Assembly (NCBI GenBank): GCA_951406725.2
Contig: OX597816.1
Coordinates: forward strand, 121,830,001-121,894,000
Origin: Octopus vulgaris
Lineage: Eukaryota
Reading direction: 5' to 3'
Length of the DNA: 64,000 bases
Shown here: piece by piece, positions 13,856 to 28,300 of the stretch
Layout: every line of letters begins with the position of its first letter
How positions within the stretch are numbered: position 1 is the first letter of the stretch
The notes under the pieces: model-generated
Databases searched by the model: none
What the model was told of the DNA's origin: nothing
Seen by the model: the letters and a program-made list of their open reading frames with translations, nothing else
Translations under genes and position numbers: made by a program

Positions 13856-14702
13856 ATACATACACATACATATGCATAAAATTATCATTGTTAAGGCAAG
13901 TAGATACAACTGGAAGTTGCTTGTGTGCTTAGGAAGCTCACTTTACAACCACATGGATTTGGGTTCAGTTCCACTGAGTGGCACCTCAGGCAAGTGTCTT
14001 CTACTATAGCCCCAGGACAACTAACACCTTATGAGTGAATTTGGGAGATGGAGCCTGTGTGGAAGCCCATTGTGTATACTGATGTGTGTGTGTGTGTGTG
14101 TGTGTGTGTACATGTGTTTATTACCCCACCCACCAACTGACTACTGGCGTTGGGTTTCTACATCCCTGTAACTTAGCAATTTGGCAAAAGACATGGAAAG
14201 AATAAGTACCAGACTTAAAATGATATTGGCGTCAATTTATTGACTGCACCCTTCAAGGTGGTGCCCAGCATGGACACAGGCCAAAGTCTGAAACAAGTAA
14301 GAAATAAATTTAAAATATCAAATCAGTATCTTAATTTTATTTTATTTTATTCTGTTCACTGAAATAGCTTGATAAACAAGTAAAGCAAGGCTGAGAACAT
14401 AAATTCTGATAGGCAGTTTGTGTTGGCAAAACCTGTTAAACATAACTGAACAGGAATTTACTTCAATAAATCACATAATAAATGTTTATAACTTTATCTT
14501 CTGAAAAGGTAATCTAACATATATTAAATCATTTTATGGCAATTTTTCTTAAGATTTTAGTCTTGACCTCTTAGCACCACATACATGATGTAGGTCTGTT
14601 TCTCAAAGAAAGAGAAGATAGAATAAGAACAAGGCTACAAAATGATAATGAATTTTATTCATCTGATTATATGAAGATGGCTTAAAAAAAAAAGAAAAAA
14701 AT

Positions 14703-14744
<42 letters not shown>

Positions 14745-14745
<1 letters not shown>

Positions 14746-14962
14746 TGCGGCTGTTGCCAATACTGCCTGACTGGCCCTCATGCCAGAGACACGTAAAAGC
14801 ACCCACTATACTCTCAGAGTGGTTGGCGTTAGGAAGGGTATCCAGCTGTAGAAACTCTGCCAGATCAGATTGGAGTCTGGTGCAGCCATCTGGTTCGCCA
14901 GACCTCAGTCAAATCATCCAACCCATGCTAGCATGGAAAGCGGATGTTAAACAATGATGATA
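14745..14962 (+). mobile_element. RTE 3' UTR fragment
   Basis: gcacccactatactctcagagtggttggcgttaggaaggg...ccatgctagcatgg, with a (GAT)-type tail. Confidence 0.8.
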
Positions 14963-16365
14963 ATATAGATATAAAACCCCAAAACTTTGTATTAATTTAT
15001 GCACAATATAAAGCTTTAAGTGAAATGGTCTCTGTATGTGTGTGTGTAGAGAGAGAGACAAATGGAGTAATTAACAGGTCTAATGATAGGTAACCATGGA
15101 AATAGCCATTACAGCATGCCACAGAAGTTTCTTTGATCAAGTAACTATATTGCTACTAGCAAGAATAACAAAACAAATGATTTGGGAAAAGAGACATTTT
15201 TCATATGAATTGATGGAAAACAGCTAACATCCTGTCTGAGCTAAATATGACTTCGGGAATAATAACAGCTGCTACTAAGATGGTGATGTAGTGGCTGTTA
15301 GCAATGTTAATGATAAAACACAAAAAAGTCCATCTATAGCTGTTAAGTTATATAGGTAAGCCATAAGTAGGACTGTTTGGTCGCCTAGACTATAAATGTT
15401 TCTTGGTTTTTGTAATTTGTCTTTGATTAAAATTTCAGGGTAGAATGTAAGCAAGGCTAATTTTGAGGTGGTTGGTATATTAAATGGTAGAAATGACATC
15501 ATCAGTGAGAAGGTCAGGGAGGGAAGAGAAGGCGGAAATGGTAAACAAGTAGTAATAAATGAGAATTGCTTGGAAAGATCTATTTCATGACATTGACTGT
15601 AGCAATAAATACCGAAAGAGCAACTAAAAGAGAGTCTCAGAACACAACTGATTAAGAGCCAAAGAGTCATTTGGTAGAAACAGCAACCAAATCACCTTCA
15701 AATCACACCCCTACTCTCTGAATAAGTGAAAGACATATTAGACGATGTAATCCTAGATGTTTTTCTTTTTACTTGTTCCACTCATTTGACTGTGGTCATG
15801 CTGGGGCATCGACTTCAAGAGTTTTAGTTGAACAAATTGACCCCCAAGACATTTTCTATTGGTCACTTTTGCCAAACTACTAAGCTATGGAGACATAAAC
15901 AAACCAACACTGGTTGTCAAGTGGTGAGATGGGTGACAAACTCAGAGACACATACATAAATATATATGACAAGCTTCTTTCAGCTTCCGTCTCCTAAGTC
16001 TATTCACAAGGCTTTGGTCGACCCAAGGGTATAGTAGAAGGCACTTGCCCAAGGTGCCACGTAGTGGGACCAAGCCTGGAACCATTTGGTTGAGAAGATA
16101 AAACATGATAAATCTATTCCATCAGAGCTGAAATGACTTGTGGACTAAACAACAACAAACTAGAATAAAAATTCAGTTAACATATACTTTGTGCTTATGT
16201 ACAGATGTACATAAACACAAAGTATAAATACATTAAGAAATAAAACAGAGTTCTCCAAAACACAGATGGCAACTACTGAAATGATAGTTATTTTGGTACC
16301 CTTAAACTTTGACATACTCCCTGTTGGAGACCAAGGACCTCTGACCACACTAGCTTACAAGGGTT

Positions 16366-16588
16366 TAACCCTTTACCATTCAGATTATTCTGTCATATAT
16401 TAATACTAATTTCTTTACATTGTTTTGAATTAATCATGCTTTATCTCATAACTTTGAGATTTTGATGATGTGATTATTTACTTTTAGAAAGACATTGTAG
16501 GATAAGTGTGAGAGACCAGATCTGGCTGGTTTGAACATAAAACAGAATATTTTAGCCAGATATGTTAGTTTAAATGCTAAAGAGTTGA
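16366..16588. mobile_element. TTAA (piggyBac-type) MITE, family 1
   Basis: Ends ttaacccttta...taaagagttga; body matches 18435-18661. Confidence 0.75.
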
Positions 16589-17652
16589 AAGATTTCTAGG
16601 AGAAAAAAAAAGGGTGTTTGGGCATCTATACCTATTACAAATGGGGTTTAAATTTGTGAACTAAAAGAGCTTCTAGTTGATGCATGTGTGCGTACATGTA
16701 CTAAGGCTGAAACTAATCCACTTGATTACAACAATGTATTGAAGTGGATCATAATATGGGCCACAACAATCCATTTGACTACAATTCATCCTGAACTGAA
16801 CTTGTATGTGCATGCACATGGTGTGTATGTAACAGGATAACCATTCTAGCAAATGGCAGCATAAGGAGACACCAAGCTTGTATATGAATTATGTTGACAT
16901 GTATGGGAAGAGAACTGCCATATAATGAAAAAAAAAAGTCCTGTCTGACGAAAGAGACATTGCAAAAGTGAGAATCACTGACGCTATGAGAAAAGACAAA
17001 AAGAAAGAGAGTACAGTATAGATAGAGAATACCTATAAGTGTTTTGAGCTGACATAGGAAAGGCTTTTAGCACAAGGGTTGGACTGCAAGTGCACGAGAA
17101 CTTATGAGAAAATATCAGTATAGAGAAAAATTAAGAGTCTTTAATTTTACAAATTCGTAGGTACGGAACTTCTATCATATTAAAGCTTAAACAATTTATT
17201 TCATATGAGTTTTTAGAGACTTAACCAGCAAGCAGTTTCAAATTTGAAAATGAATGAAATTACACCAGTATGAAAAGGGTTCTCCAATCCCAGGTTGATA
17301 ACATATGAACATCAACTGACTTCAACACCTCATCTCACAGGATGTGGTCCCATGCACATGAAAGAAAATAGCGTTTCACTACAGTGGAGCTGTTAGTACA
17401 GATATTTAAACAATTGAACTGTATACGTTCTGATTATCAAACATTGGTGCTTCACTCTGTAACAAGTTCAAATAGTTGATTTTGCCATAAATTAATTTTT
17501 TTTTTTTGAGCTTGGTAACATAAATTCTAATAATTTTCTGGAAATGATTCAATAAATTATTTTGGTTACCTCCCCACACGCAAAATAAATGGACTTATGC
17601 CAAGCAAGTAAAAGAAAAAGAAATGTGGAAAGCAGAATCAAACTGCTTTATA

Positions 17653-17721
17653 CAGGGTGGCCTAGAAATGGTCTACCATATTATATCTGTATAATTGTCA
17701 AGCCATTCATGGGCCACTCTG
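17653..17721. mobile_element. About 70-bp Tc1/mariner-type mini-MITE
   Basis: TA-cagggtggcc...ggccactctg-TA. Confidence 0.55.
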
Positions 17722-17879
17722 TAGTTTTTTTTTAGCTATGTCTAAAATTTAAACTGCACCTAGTTGACAAACTTCATCATTTTAGGGTCCATAAAATAAA
17801 ATATTAAGACTGATTTAATAAACTACACCTCTTCAAATATGTAGCAGTGTTCCTATTTTACAGATCCATATTATTACAG

Positions 17880-20800
17880 GAAGGTTTAGTGGAATTTGTT
17901 TGTCTATATGTTCTGAGTTCAAATTCTACTGAAGTCAACTTTGCCTTTCATCCTTTCATGGTCAGTAAAAGAAGTACCAGCTGAGCACTGGGACTATTGT
18001 AATCAACTTACTCACTCCTTTAAAACTGCTGGCCTTGTGCCAAAATTTGAAACCATTATTACTGGAAGGTTGGTGAGCTGACAGGATTACTAAAGCAGCA
18101 AAAAAATTTTGCTTGCAGCATTTGTTACAGCACTTAAGATTCTAAGTTCAAATCCTGCTGAGTTGAACTTCGTTTTACATCCACTTAGAGGTCAATAAAA
18201 TAAAGTAACAGTCAAGAAGTAGACGTAATAACTAGAACCCATCTCTGATGGACTAAATTAGAAACATTATTAATAAAGCAGTGGATCGTGGAAAATGTTA
18301 AAGAGCAGAAAAAGATACATTGTAATATTTAGTAAGATTAACTCTTTTGTTACCGTATTTCTGTTGAGATGCTCTGTGTTTCTTTCAGTTATTTTTAAAT
18401 ATACAAAGAATTTAGTAAAATAACTTAGTTATCATTAACCCTTTAGTGTTCAGATTATTCTATCAAACATAATGCTTATTGATTCCCATTGATTTGAATT
18501 AATCATGCATTATCTCATATCTTCAAGATCTTGATGGTGTAATTACTTAATGTAGAATAACATTGTAGGGTAGGTGTGAAAGCCTGGATCTGGTCAGCTT
18601 GAACATAAAACAGATTAGCTATTTTGGCCGGATATGGCCGGTTTAAATACTAAAGGGTTAAGCTAGTGATAGGAACATAAATTGTAACCAAGGTTTGGTG
18701 AGCGATTTTAATTCAGAACTTTTGAAGACATTTGTACTATAGAGACAGAGGCGGTTTCAGGTGGGTTGGTATCAAAAGGGTTAAGAAAGCGAGCTGGCAG
18801 GGAAAATGCTAAGCGGCTTTTCATCTATCTTTATGTTCTGAGTTCAAATTCTATCAAGGTTGACTACCTTTTTTTTTTTTTATCATTTTGGGGTTAAATA
18901 AAATAAGTACCAGTTGAGGACTGGAGTTGTTGTAATCAACTTACCCACTTCCTCGAAATTGCTGGCCTCGTGCCAAAAGTTGAAACTAATATTTAGTATT
19001 TAGGCTTAGAGGGTTCAAATTCCAGCAGAGTTGATTCGGTTTTTTTTTCTTCTTTTTAAGTAAATAAATGAAGAAAATCAAAATCAATATGATCAGCTGC
19101 ATCCCCTCCTCTCCCACAAAATTTGTGGCCTTATACCTTTGTTAGAAGTCATTATTGTTCATTGATTTAGTAGACATCTGTTTTTTTTTTTTTCAGCAGA
19201 CATGTTACTGAGCAATGGATTTTTTATTTTTTTTCATTCTAAAAGGTTTATTGGCTCTGCCACAACAATAACACTGAATAAATGAATAAGAAAATAATCA
19301 AGATATATTTAAACAAGATGTCTATTTATAGCCCACAGCTATGTTGAACAACAACAACAAATGAAATAAAATTATTTATGAATTCACAATGCATAGAGTT
19401 TTGGAAATTTCCACAAGAAAATTCTAGATTTCATCTTATTTGAAAGACATATTATCATTTGTCTGAATGAATGTATTAATCACAGGTAAATGCTATTCTT
19501 GGCAGCAGCAATAATAATTATTAGTTATTATTATAATAATTATATTGTCATTATTAGTATTACTGAATTGTTAGCATGCCAGACAAACATGCTTAGTGGC
19601 ATTTTTTCCACTTTTATGTTTTGAGTTCAAATGCCACTGAGGTCGATTTTGCCTTTCATCCTTTTGGGGTAAAAAAAAAAACCCCAAAAAAACAAGCACT
19701 GGGATTGATGTAATAAGCCATACCCTCCCACTACATTTCAGGTTTTGTGTCTAGAGTAGAAAGAATTAAGGCAACAAGCTGACAGAATTATTAGCATGCC
19801 AGACAAAATGCTTAGCAGCATTTCGTCTGACTTCATGTTCTGAGTTCAAATTCCACTTAGGTCAACTTTGCCTTTCATCCTTTCGGAGTATATAATGTAA
19901 ATACCAGTTGAGCAATGGCATTGATATAATCAACTTACCCATACTCCAAACCTACTGGCCTTATGCCAAAATTTTAAACTATTTTAAATCATTATTATTA
20001 CTATCAAAGTGACAAGCTGGCACACTGTTAAAATACCAGGCAAAATGCTTAGCAATATTTCATTTGTCCTTACATTCTGAGTTCAATTCCACTGAAGTCA
20101 ATTTTGCTTTTCATCTTTCCGGGATCAATAAAATATGTGCCAACTGAGCACTGGGGTTGATGCAATCGACTAAACCTCTTCTCCAAAATTGCTGGACATG
20201 TGCCAAAATTAGGAACCATCATTATTATTATCAAGGCAGTGAGCTGGCAGAATCATTAGCACACTGGGTGATATACTTAGTGGAATTTTGTCTATCCTTA
20301 TGTTCTGAGTTCAAATTCCGCTGAGGTCAACTTTCATCCTTTTGGGGTTGATGAAATAAGTACCAGTTACACACTGGGATCGATGAAATCAACTATCCCT
20401 CTCCCCCAAATTTCAGGCCTTGTGCCTATAGTAGAAAGGATTACAACTACTACTAAATCATTAGCATGTCAGCAATATGATTAGCAACAGTTTGTTTCCA
20501 TTTTCATGTTCTGAGTTCAAATGCTGCTGAGGTCAGCTTTACCTTTCATGTTTTCAGGACTGATAAAATAAAGTACCAGTTGAGAGATGGGGTTGATGTA
20601 ATAAACTTTTCTCCCTCCCCACTAAAATCACTGGCCTTGTACAAAAATTTGAAACTATTATTATTATTGACAAGCTGGTGGAATTGTTTGCAAGTCAGAC
20701 AAAAATGTTCAACAGCATTTCTTTCGACTTGGAGTGTAGAACACTCCAAGTTCAAATATCACTGAGGTAGACTTAGCTTATCATTTTTTCAAGATCAATA

Positions 20801-21110
20801 AGAAGCAGTTGAGCACTTGGGTCAATGTAATCAACTTCCTCTACTCTCAAAACTGCTGGCATTATGCCGAAAATTTGTATTATCATTATTAAGGCAATGA
20901 GTGAGCAGAATCGTTAGCATGCCAGACCAAATGCTTAGTGGTATTTTGACCGCCTTTACATTCCGAGTTCAAATTCCACTGAAGTCAACTTTTCCCTTCA
21001 TCCTATCAGGGTCAATGAATTAAGTACCAGTGAAACACAAGGGTCGATGTAATCAACTAGTACCCTTCCTCAAAATTTCAGGCCTTGTGCCTTTAGTAGA
21101 AAGGATTATT
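17880..21110 (+). repeat. Head-to-tail cluster of about 12 diverged ~200-bp tRNA-derived SINE copies
   Basis: Repeated unit aaggcagtgagctggcagaatcgttagc...gagttcaaattcc...gcctttcatcc...gtaccagttgagcactgggg...ggccttgtgcc, mostly separated by short (ATT)n tracts. Seven units are contiguous from 19560 to 21110. Confidence 0.9.
18338..18784. mobile_element. Nested TTAA MITEs: family 1 (18435-18661) inside family 2
   Basis: Outer element ttaactctttt...aaaagggttaa; inner element ttaaccctttag...ctaaagggttaa inserted at an internal TTAA. Confidence 0.85.
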
Positions 21111-22789
21111 ATTATAATTATTATTATTTTGTAATTACTTATTTATAGAACTTACAATTATGTTTTGAAATATAGAAATCTAAAGAAAATTTCAAAAAAA
21201 TAATCAAAGAGGTTACAATGGGAGTGCCTATTCTGAAACTCAAACCTTTTCACATTTTGTTAAGACTTTTTATGGATAATTATAAAGGGTAATTTTTTTT
21301 TTCTTTTTTGAAATGCAGCCTGTCAGATGACATTTAACCAGAAAGTGGCGCTCCATAAAGTCCCTCCCCTCTGGCTTAATCAATAGAATCAATCCCAGTA
21401 CACAGTTGGTATTTTATTTTATCAATTTCAAAATGAGGTACACCCCGACACATCTTCACTATCTTTTCTCTCCCTCTCTCTCCTTCTCCAACGGAGGGTA
21501 GCTGTGTATCTCCTCTACTGTAACACACCCATTTGTATCCCTCTATTATAACCTTTCATCACTTGGCACAAAGCCACCTCCCTCAATACAACTCCCCACT
21601 CAGTGGAGGGATCTTCTTTTGCAAGTTACTAGTGGCCTTGTTGGTGCTGGTGGTACCACATAAGATGCACCCAGTAACCTCTGTAAAGTTGTTGGTATTA
21701 GGAGGAAAGGTATCCAGCCACAGAAATCTCACCAAAGCAGACAATAGAGCTCGATGCTGTTCTCTGACTTATCAGCTCCTGTCTAACTTTCCAACCCATG
21801 TGAGCAGGAAAGACAGACATAAAATGATTATTAAGAGCATTAAATGAAATGTTCTGTGATATTAAACTACATTCCTGTTCAAGTTCTGTTGTTGGCTCCA
21901 CCTTTTAACCTTTTGAGGGGTAGTCAATAAAACAGAATACCAATGCAGAAAGAACTAAGTCAACTTAAGTGATTATACCCCAACTCCAAGGCTGAGACCC
22001 TGTGCCTATGTCAGAAATTATTAGCTTACTGTCTTATATTCACTGTTTGTTTAACACTAAGTCAGCTCTGGTCAAGCAGATGAATGAGCAAAGGCTTTCC
22101 AACTGTGATCACCTCATCATGTTTTCAAGTATAGGGTATCTACAATATGTCCAGTTCTTTTAGCTCAATAGGATTTATTGTAATTTGAGGGTGATTTGGT
22201 TGCTATATTTAGCAGGTTGAACAACTACACAGAGGCTACATCAATGGCTTGTTTTACATCTGATGTCATTATTTAACCCTATGTCGGCACTGATTGAGTA
22301 GACCAATGAAAGGCATCTAACCATCATTTCTTTCAGCAAAAGTGTACCTCCAATTTCATTATTCTATGTGTCTCATTTTAAGACACAAAGGTGTGGTTGA
22401 GGGAGATTTGATTATTATTTTTAGCATATTAAGTAGCCACCTCGAGTTTATTTTTGCAAGGGTAACATGAGTGTAAAGGGTTTTGCAACTTCAGCATTTC
22501 TTATATGTGTGTACAAATGCATGCAAATGTTAAAATTACACAGCTTCACTTGTCATCCGAGCAAAACAGTGATATGTTGTTTACATCCTTTGTGAACATT
22601 TCAACTGGGCATTCTCTGTGTCTGGATACCGGTGAAGAAGGAAAAAAATCTTGTTGCCAACTCAGCCAATTTTAAGAAATTATTGAAAGCAAACATTTTA
22701 ATAACAAGATAAAATAGTAACAGTCATTCTAGATATAACAATAAAGGGGTAGTTGAAAAAAAAAAAAAAGAACCAAGCTATATATATAT

Positions 22790-23169
22790 ATAATGTATAA
22801 AAGAGAGTTTATATGTGTGTTTCTGTGTGTCTGTCAGGTTGTACCCTCACTCTGACCACGGCTTTCAACCGATTCTGATGAAACTTGACACACACATAGC
22901 CCAATGTCATAATTCAAAACTAACGCAGCGAAAATTTTGAAAAGTTCCCCCAGTTCTGAAAAAAATCGATAAATTCGACATGGGGTCAAGAATCAGAAAC
23001 CCAAACCACAGACCGTCTAGGGGACGCAACTCCACCTTTTTAACTCTCAAAAAAAATTTACCATCAGTTTTTCCCCATTTTTTTGCTATTTTTTTGGCTA
23101 TAACTCTCTAAAAATGCTTTATAGTTATTTCCCTTACAAACCTGAGCAACGCCGGGCGATACTGCTAGT
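22790..23169 (+). mobile_element. Non-autonomous Helitron-like element
   Basis: 3' GC-rich hairpin-like segment cctgagcaacgccggg followed by CTAGT. The 5' motif aatgtataaaagagagtttatatgtgtgt is repeated right after it at 23170 (tandem or nested copy). Confidence 0.7.
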
Positions 23170-23517
23170 AATGTATAAAAGAGAGTTTATATGTGTGTGT
23201 GCACGTATGTTCCTTACACATTTGGAAACGAAGTTGCCGATTTTGACGTATGGGGTATCAAAAGATTCGGTAATCTTTCAGCAACCAAATAAATTTTATT
23301 TTCATTTACATATTTTCTACATTATCTCAACAACCAGCTATAGTTATTTGAAAGAAACTGCTCTACGATGACCAAATTTCATCAGAAAGTGAAAATAGTG
23401 TAACACTTTCAATATGAACCAAGATTACAAAGTGATGATGTGTGAATAATGAAAGTAATGTTTCTCCAAATTAATCACATCTGTACTATAATAAAGAAAG
23501 CTGCTTATCTATATATA

Positions 23518-24453
23518 ATGGGTCATCCCATAAGTAATGTGGTTTTTTTCAGTTGCATGAACTAAAAGTCGGAGAGGGACAGGATAAACTTCCTGCATCA
23601 ACTTACTATAAAAGTAGGCAATAACTTTACCTCACCCTTATTCTTAGTACAAGTTTCAAAGAGTGCAGTTCAATTTTAACAGTTATTTTTTCAAAGCTAT
23701 AATAGAAGTGACAAAGAAGCATATTCGGCATATTTTGCTTCATGAGTTCAATAAAGGCAACAATGCAATAGAAAGTGTGAGGAATATTAATGCAGTATGT
23801 GGGGATCAGACAATAAGTGTAAGCCAGTCTTAAATGTAGTTCCAGAAATTCCAAGCCAGAAACTACAACCTAGAAGACAAGCCTCATCCTGGAAGACCTG
23901 TAGAGCTCAACAAGGATGTCCTGCAAACTCTGGTGGAACAAAATCCCATTGAAACTGTCAAGAAACTAGCAGTGAAGCTTGGATTTGGTCATTCAACCAG
24001 TCATTCAAGTCAGCACTAGAAGAAGAACAACCATCTTTGGTTTCAAGACAAAAGGTGTTCTTCCATGAGGATAATGCTTGGCCACATACAACAAGGATGA
24101 CGTTTCAAAGGCTGGAGCAGTTTGAATGGGAAATAATGTCTCACCAACCATATTTGCCAGACATTGCTCCATCTGATTATCATTTATTCTGCAGTCTTCA
24201 AAATCATTTGGATAGAAAAAATATGAATTCTATAGACGAGGTCATAACAGTAGTGGAGGAGCATTTTTCGTAATGGACAAGTGAATTTTGGAAGAGGGGC
24301 TTTGCAAGTCTACCAGATAGATGGAAGTGTATTGTAGAAAATGAAGGCGAGTATATTTTAGATTTAAAAAGAACTGTGATTATCTTAATTTTGAAAGATA
24401 AAAGACATATATATATATATAAAAAAAAACACATTATTTATGGGATGGCCCAA
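23518..24453 (+). mobile_element. Internally deleted mariner transposon
   Basis: TIRs tgggtcatcccataagtaatgtggttttttt / aaaaaaacacattatttatgggatggccca. Transposase remnant FHEDNAWPH...HQPYLPDIAPSDYHLF. Confidence 0.9.
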
Positions 24454-24584
24454 TATAAAGACGATCAAATAAACGATGCTTTTGGTATGAAGGGATGGTT
24501 TCATCCAAGGACATACTGGTTCAATACCTAGAATTTTGGAGGAATTAATTTCCTTAAAATAATAGGTATATATATATATAAACA

Positions 24585-24958
24585 TATAAAAGAAGAAAAA
24601 GAAAATGGCGATTGGGAAGTTAATTGTTTATTATCAACAGTAAATAAATCATTTCCACTTACAGCTATTTCAATTAATACTCAGTATTAAATTTGTATGA
24701 CCTGAGCATAATATCTTCAGGGGGAAAAAAATATACCCTGGATATTTTATTCATTATAGCAGACTGAATGTTATGAATCCATAAACACATAAAATAACCA
24801 AGGGAATATTTTTTCTCTGAAGATATTATGTTCAGATCATAAATATAAATTTAATATTTACTGAGTATTAATTGGAACAGTTGTAAGTAAAGATGATTAA
24901 TATGCTATTAATAGTAAGTGATTATTAACTTCACAATCTCCATTTTCTTCTTTTACAT
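24585..24958. repeat. Long AT-rich imperfect palindrome
   Basis: aaaagaagaaaa..atggcgattg pairs with caatctccattttcttctttt; ctgagcataatatcttcag pairs with ctgaagatattatgttcag; aatactcagta pairs with tactgagtatt. Confidence 0.7.
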
Positions 24959-25313
24959 ATGTATGTGTGAGGTGTGAGTGTGTGTGTAGGCATGGCTGAG
25001 GGGTAAGAAGCTTGCTTCCCAACCACATGGTTTGGGGTTCAATCCTACTGCATGGCACCTTGAGCCAACCAATGCCTTGTAAGTGGATTTGGTAGATTGA
25101 AACTGAAAGATGTGTGTGTGTGTGTGTGCTTGTCCGCCACCACCACTTGACAGCTGGTGTGCTTATGTCCCCATAACTTAGTAGTTCAGTAAAAAGCAAC
25201 CTATAGAATAAGTAACAGATTTTAAGAATATGAATAAATACTGGGGTCAATTCATTCGACTAAAAAATTCCCCAAGGTAATGCTCCAGCTTGTCCACAAT
25301 CTAATGACTGAAT

Positions 25314-25356
<43 letters not shown>

Positions 25357-28300
25357 TGGGCTGATAGTTAATTCTCTTGTAATTCCTCATACATCACATA
25401 ACCCTATATTTCCAACAATCACAATTCATTTGTTTTTATCAAAGACAACAGTAAACCAAACATTCTGATGGCTGAAGGTTTTATAGTTTCATCTTCAATC
25501 TACTTTTAATCCACGTTAATCTACAGTGCACATGCACTGATCATTGCCTGAAGTTGGGATTGAACCTCTTGTCACATACTAGGTGCCCAGAACTTCCTAC
25601 TACACCTTGAAATCCAACATGTCCAAGTATTACAGCTTTGTAAAAGATTTCAAATAAAGCATCATAGCAAATTTAGTCTCTGACTAAGGAAAGTTTACAC
25701 TGTCAACTGCAAATATGCAGTACAACATCTGTCGGTTCAACATGAAATATCATCTGTATTAATTGATTCCATAGTATAAGAATGAGCTAGCATGGTAACT
25801 ATTACAGTCATTGAAGTTTTTCAATCAATAGACCACATTTTAAATCAAATAGTAAGATCGCATGCTCTACATGAACAGGGTAAACTTAACAAAACCAAAC
25901 TCATAACAAGCTAATAAAGGAGTTTCTATCCAGTCATAAAATTAATTAGGTAAACAAAAACTATCTCAATACATTTTTCATTGTAAAAGTGCTCCAATGG
26001 GGCCGTAGTTAAAAAAGACACACATAGAAAACAAGAGTGAACTGGTCTGAATTTTAATTCTATCTTCACGGTTTGAATCCATATGATAGGGGGCTAAAAA
26101 TGAGGCAGAGCCTGTTGTGACAGGTGATTTAATGGGTTGGAGGTCCTTTATAAAAACCTAACCATTCAATCAGAAATTGAGTGGGGAAATGTGTTTATTT
26201 TTCACCGAAGTTGAACAAACTAAATAGCAACTCTAGCTTAACGGATACAACCCAACGGTTGTATTAAGAGAAATAAAGTCTTTTATTATAATATTTGGTT
26301 ATCAACAATTAAATGATGATCAAGTGTCCCTTTGAGAATATGTCTTTCTTTTTGTGCCCTTCGCAGTACAAAAACAATCAAGAATTTACCTAATAAGGAA
26401 TAATCTCTATTTTAAAATTAATCAACACAACACAAAGTGAAAAATACCTAAAACCTTTGAGGTAAGGAGATAAAATTATTTCGACAAAACTTTTAAATTC
26501 TAAATTACGTTCAAAGTTTCAAATGACCAATATCTATATAGGAATTCGGTAGATTTTGACATATGTAATTGAAATTTAAAATCAAAACAACAGAAATAAG
26601 TACAACACCAAGTAGCTTATCTAAAACTTGCAAGGGACAGGTTAATTCAGAAACTCTGCGAACTCAGATTAAACTTTATGGAGAAGACTATGCCGTCATT
26701 TTATTTTAGGTCTACAATAATCTAGGACAGTTCAACATGCCCTTCCATTTATATGACTGTAAGAAGTGGGGGTGTGAATTGGCTAGTTCTTGCAGGTTCA
26801 ACTCCGCGCAGTCTCTCCCGTCGGCTCGTTTCAATCCACGATAACACCTGGCAACTGGTTTGTATGGGAGAAAAAGTAAAGGAAAATATTAGAACACTGT
26901 TGAACTAGTTTTACGTTGTTTATATTTACCTCCAATTTCTCAATGGTAATCAGCAATACATTCAAGTAAAAAGTTACGAAGTCAAATCACTCATCCATTT
27001 CAGTGAAACTATTCGGAACGTAGAGTTAGGTTTGGGACAGACCATGCAACGAATAGTAAACATCCGGTCAACCAAAATAGTGTTAAGATAAACGGGAAAT
27101 CCTTCAAACAAGTGGGTTTAAAAGAAAAGGGGATGAACACTGCGTGATGTGACGGATATGCTGAGATGGTAAAAGCAAATTTTCTTTTTCAAAAGAAAGA
27201 AAAAGAAAATTTGCTAACTTATTTGTAAAATTGGTTAGTTCCAAAACTTACGAGTAATTTTCGCGAACAGAAAATTCGAATTAAAATTTTAATATATTTC
27301 GTAGAAACTATATAAATCTACATCAGATTGTATGGAAGTTGTATTAGATCACAAGAACTAAACCCACCCCAATTTAGAAGACCTAACTAGCTTAGTGATG
27401 TTACTAGAAATAAAGTGTCACACACACACAAAAAGAACTGACAATTTTCTCAGTCACTAGTTTTAATTTATTCACAAATCAATGCAGTTATATTTGTTGG
27501 TTAAAACTTGATTGTTTTGCGAGCTACGTTGCTATGTAAGTAATATAACGATATCCCAACCAAGACAGAAATAATGTCAACAGACAATACAATACTCTCA
27601 CACCACTTATAACCGATTTCAAATTTGTTTAACATTTCAAAACATCGCAATAACCTTAATTAGTTAGAGAAAACAGGATATTTCAACATTTAGATTCATA
27701 CAGTTATTCTATAGAATTTGCTATTTCTAAATTCACACTATACTTGGAATACGTAATAAACAACATTCATTTTGACGAGTAGGCTTTGAATTAGCTGGAA
27801 TATATCAAGGCCTACGACATACACAGCTGTGTGATGGCTTCAGGGAGGTTTCACCCAATTAATTTAAAACCATGTGCCCCTCCCTCCAATACGTGGAAAT
27901 ATATAACTAAAACATTCGAAAGGTTAGGCCAGCCAAGTTACATCAGAATATCTGATGACTCAAAAAATAAAAAAATAATAATAATACGAAAACAAATTTG
28001 AACAAAATTGAAAATAAAAATTATTCTACAAAAATCAAAACAAGATGCCCCAATGTTTATATAAGTTAGTTTACATACAAACATAGTTTACATACATATA
28101 TACCATATTATCATACAGATTAAAGGGTGTAGATTAACGGTAGGTTATTGTTATGATACACCATTCAAGTTGGGACTGAGGAAAATAACAGAACAAAATG
28201 AAAATAGACCGCGGACTACTAGCACCAACAGTGTTGTATTAGTAAGGAGGAGTACAGAAGTTTAGAAACCCTGACTGATACTGAAAGGGGTGGGAGAATA

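Noticed and set aside
17880-21110. CRISPR-like array
   Set aside because: Units are ~200-bp diverged SINEs with no unique spacers, there are no cas genes, and the context is eukaryotic.
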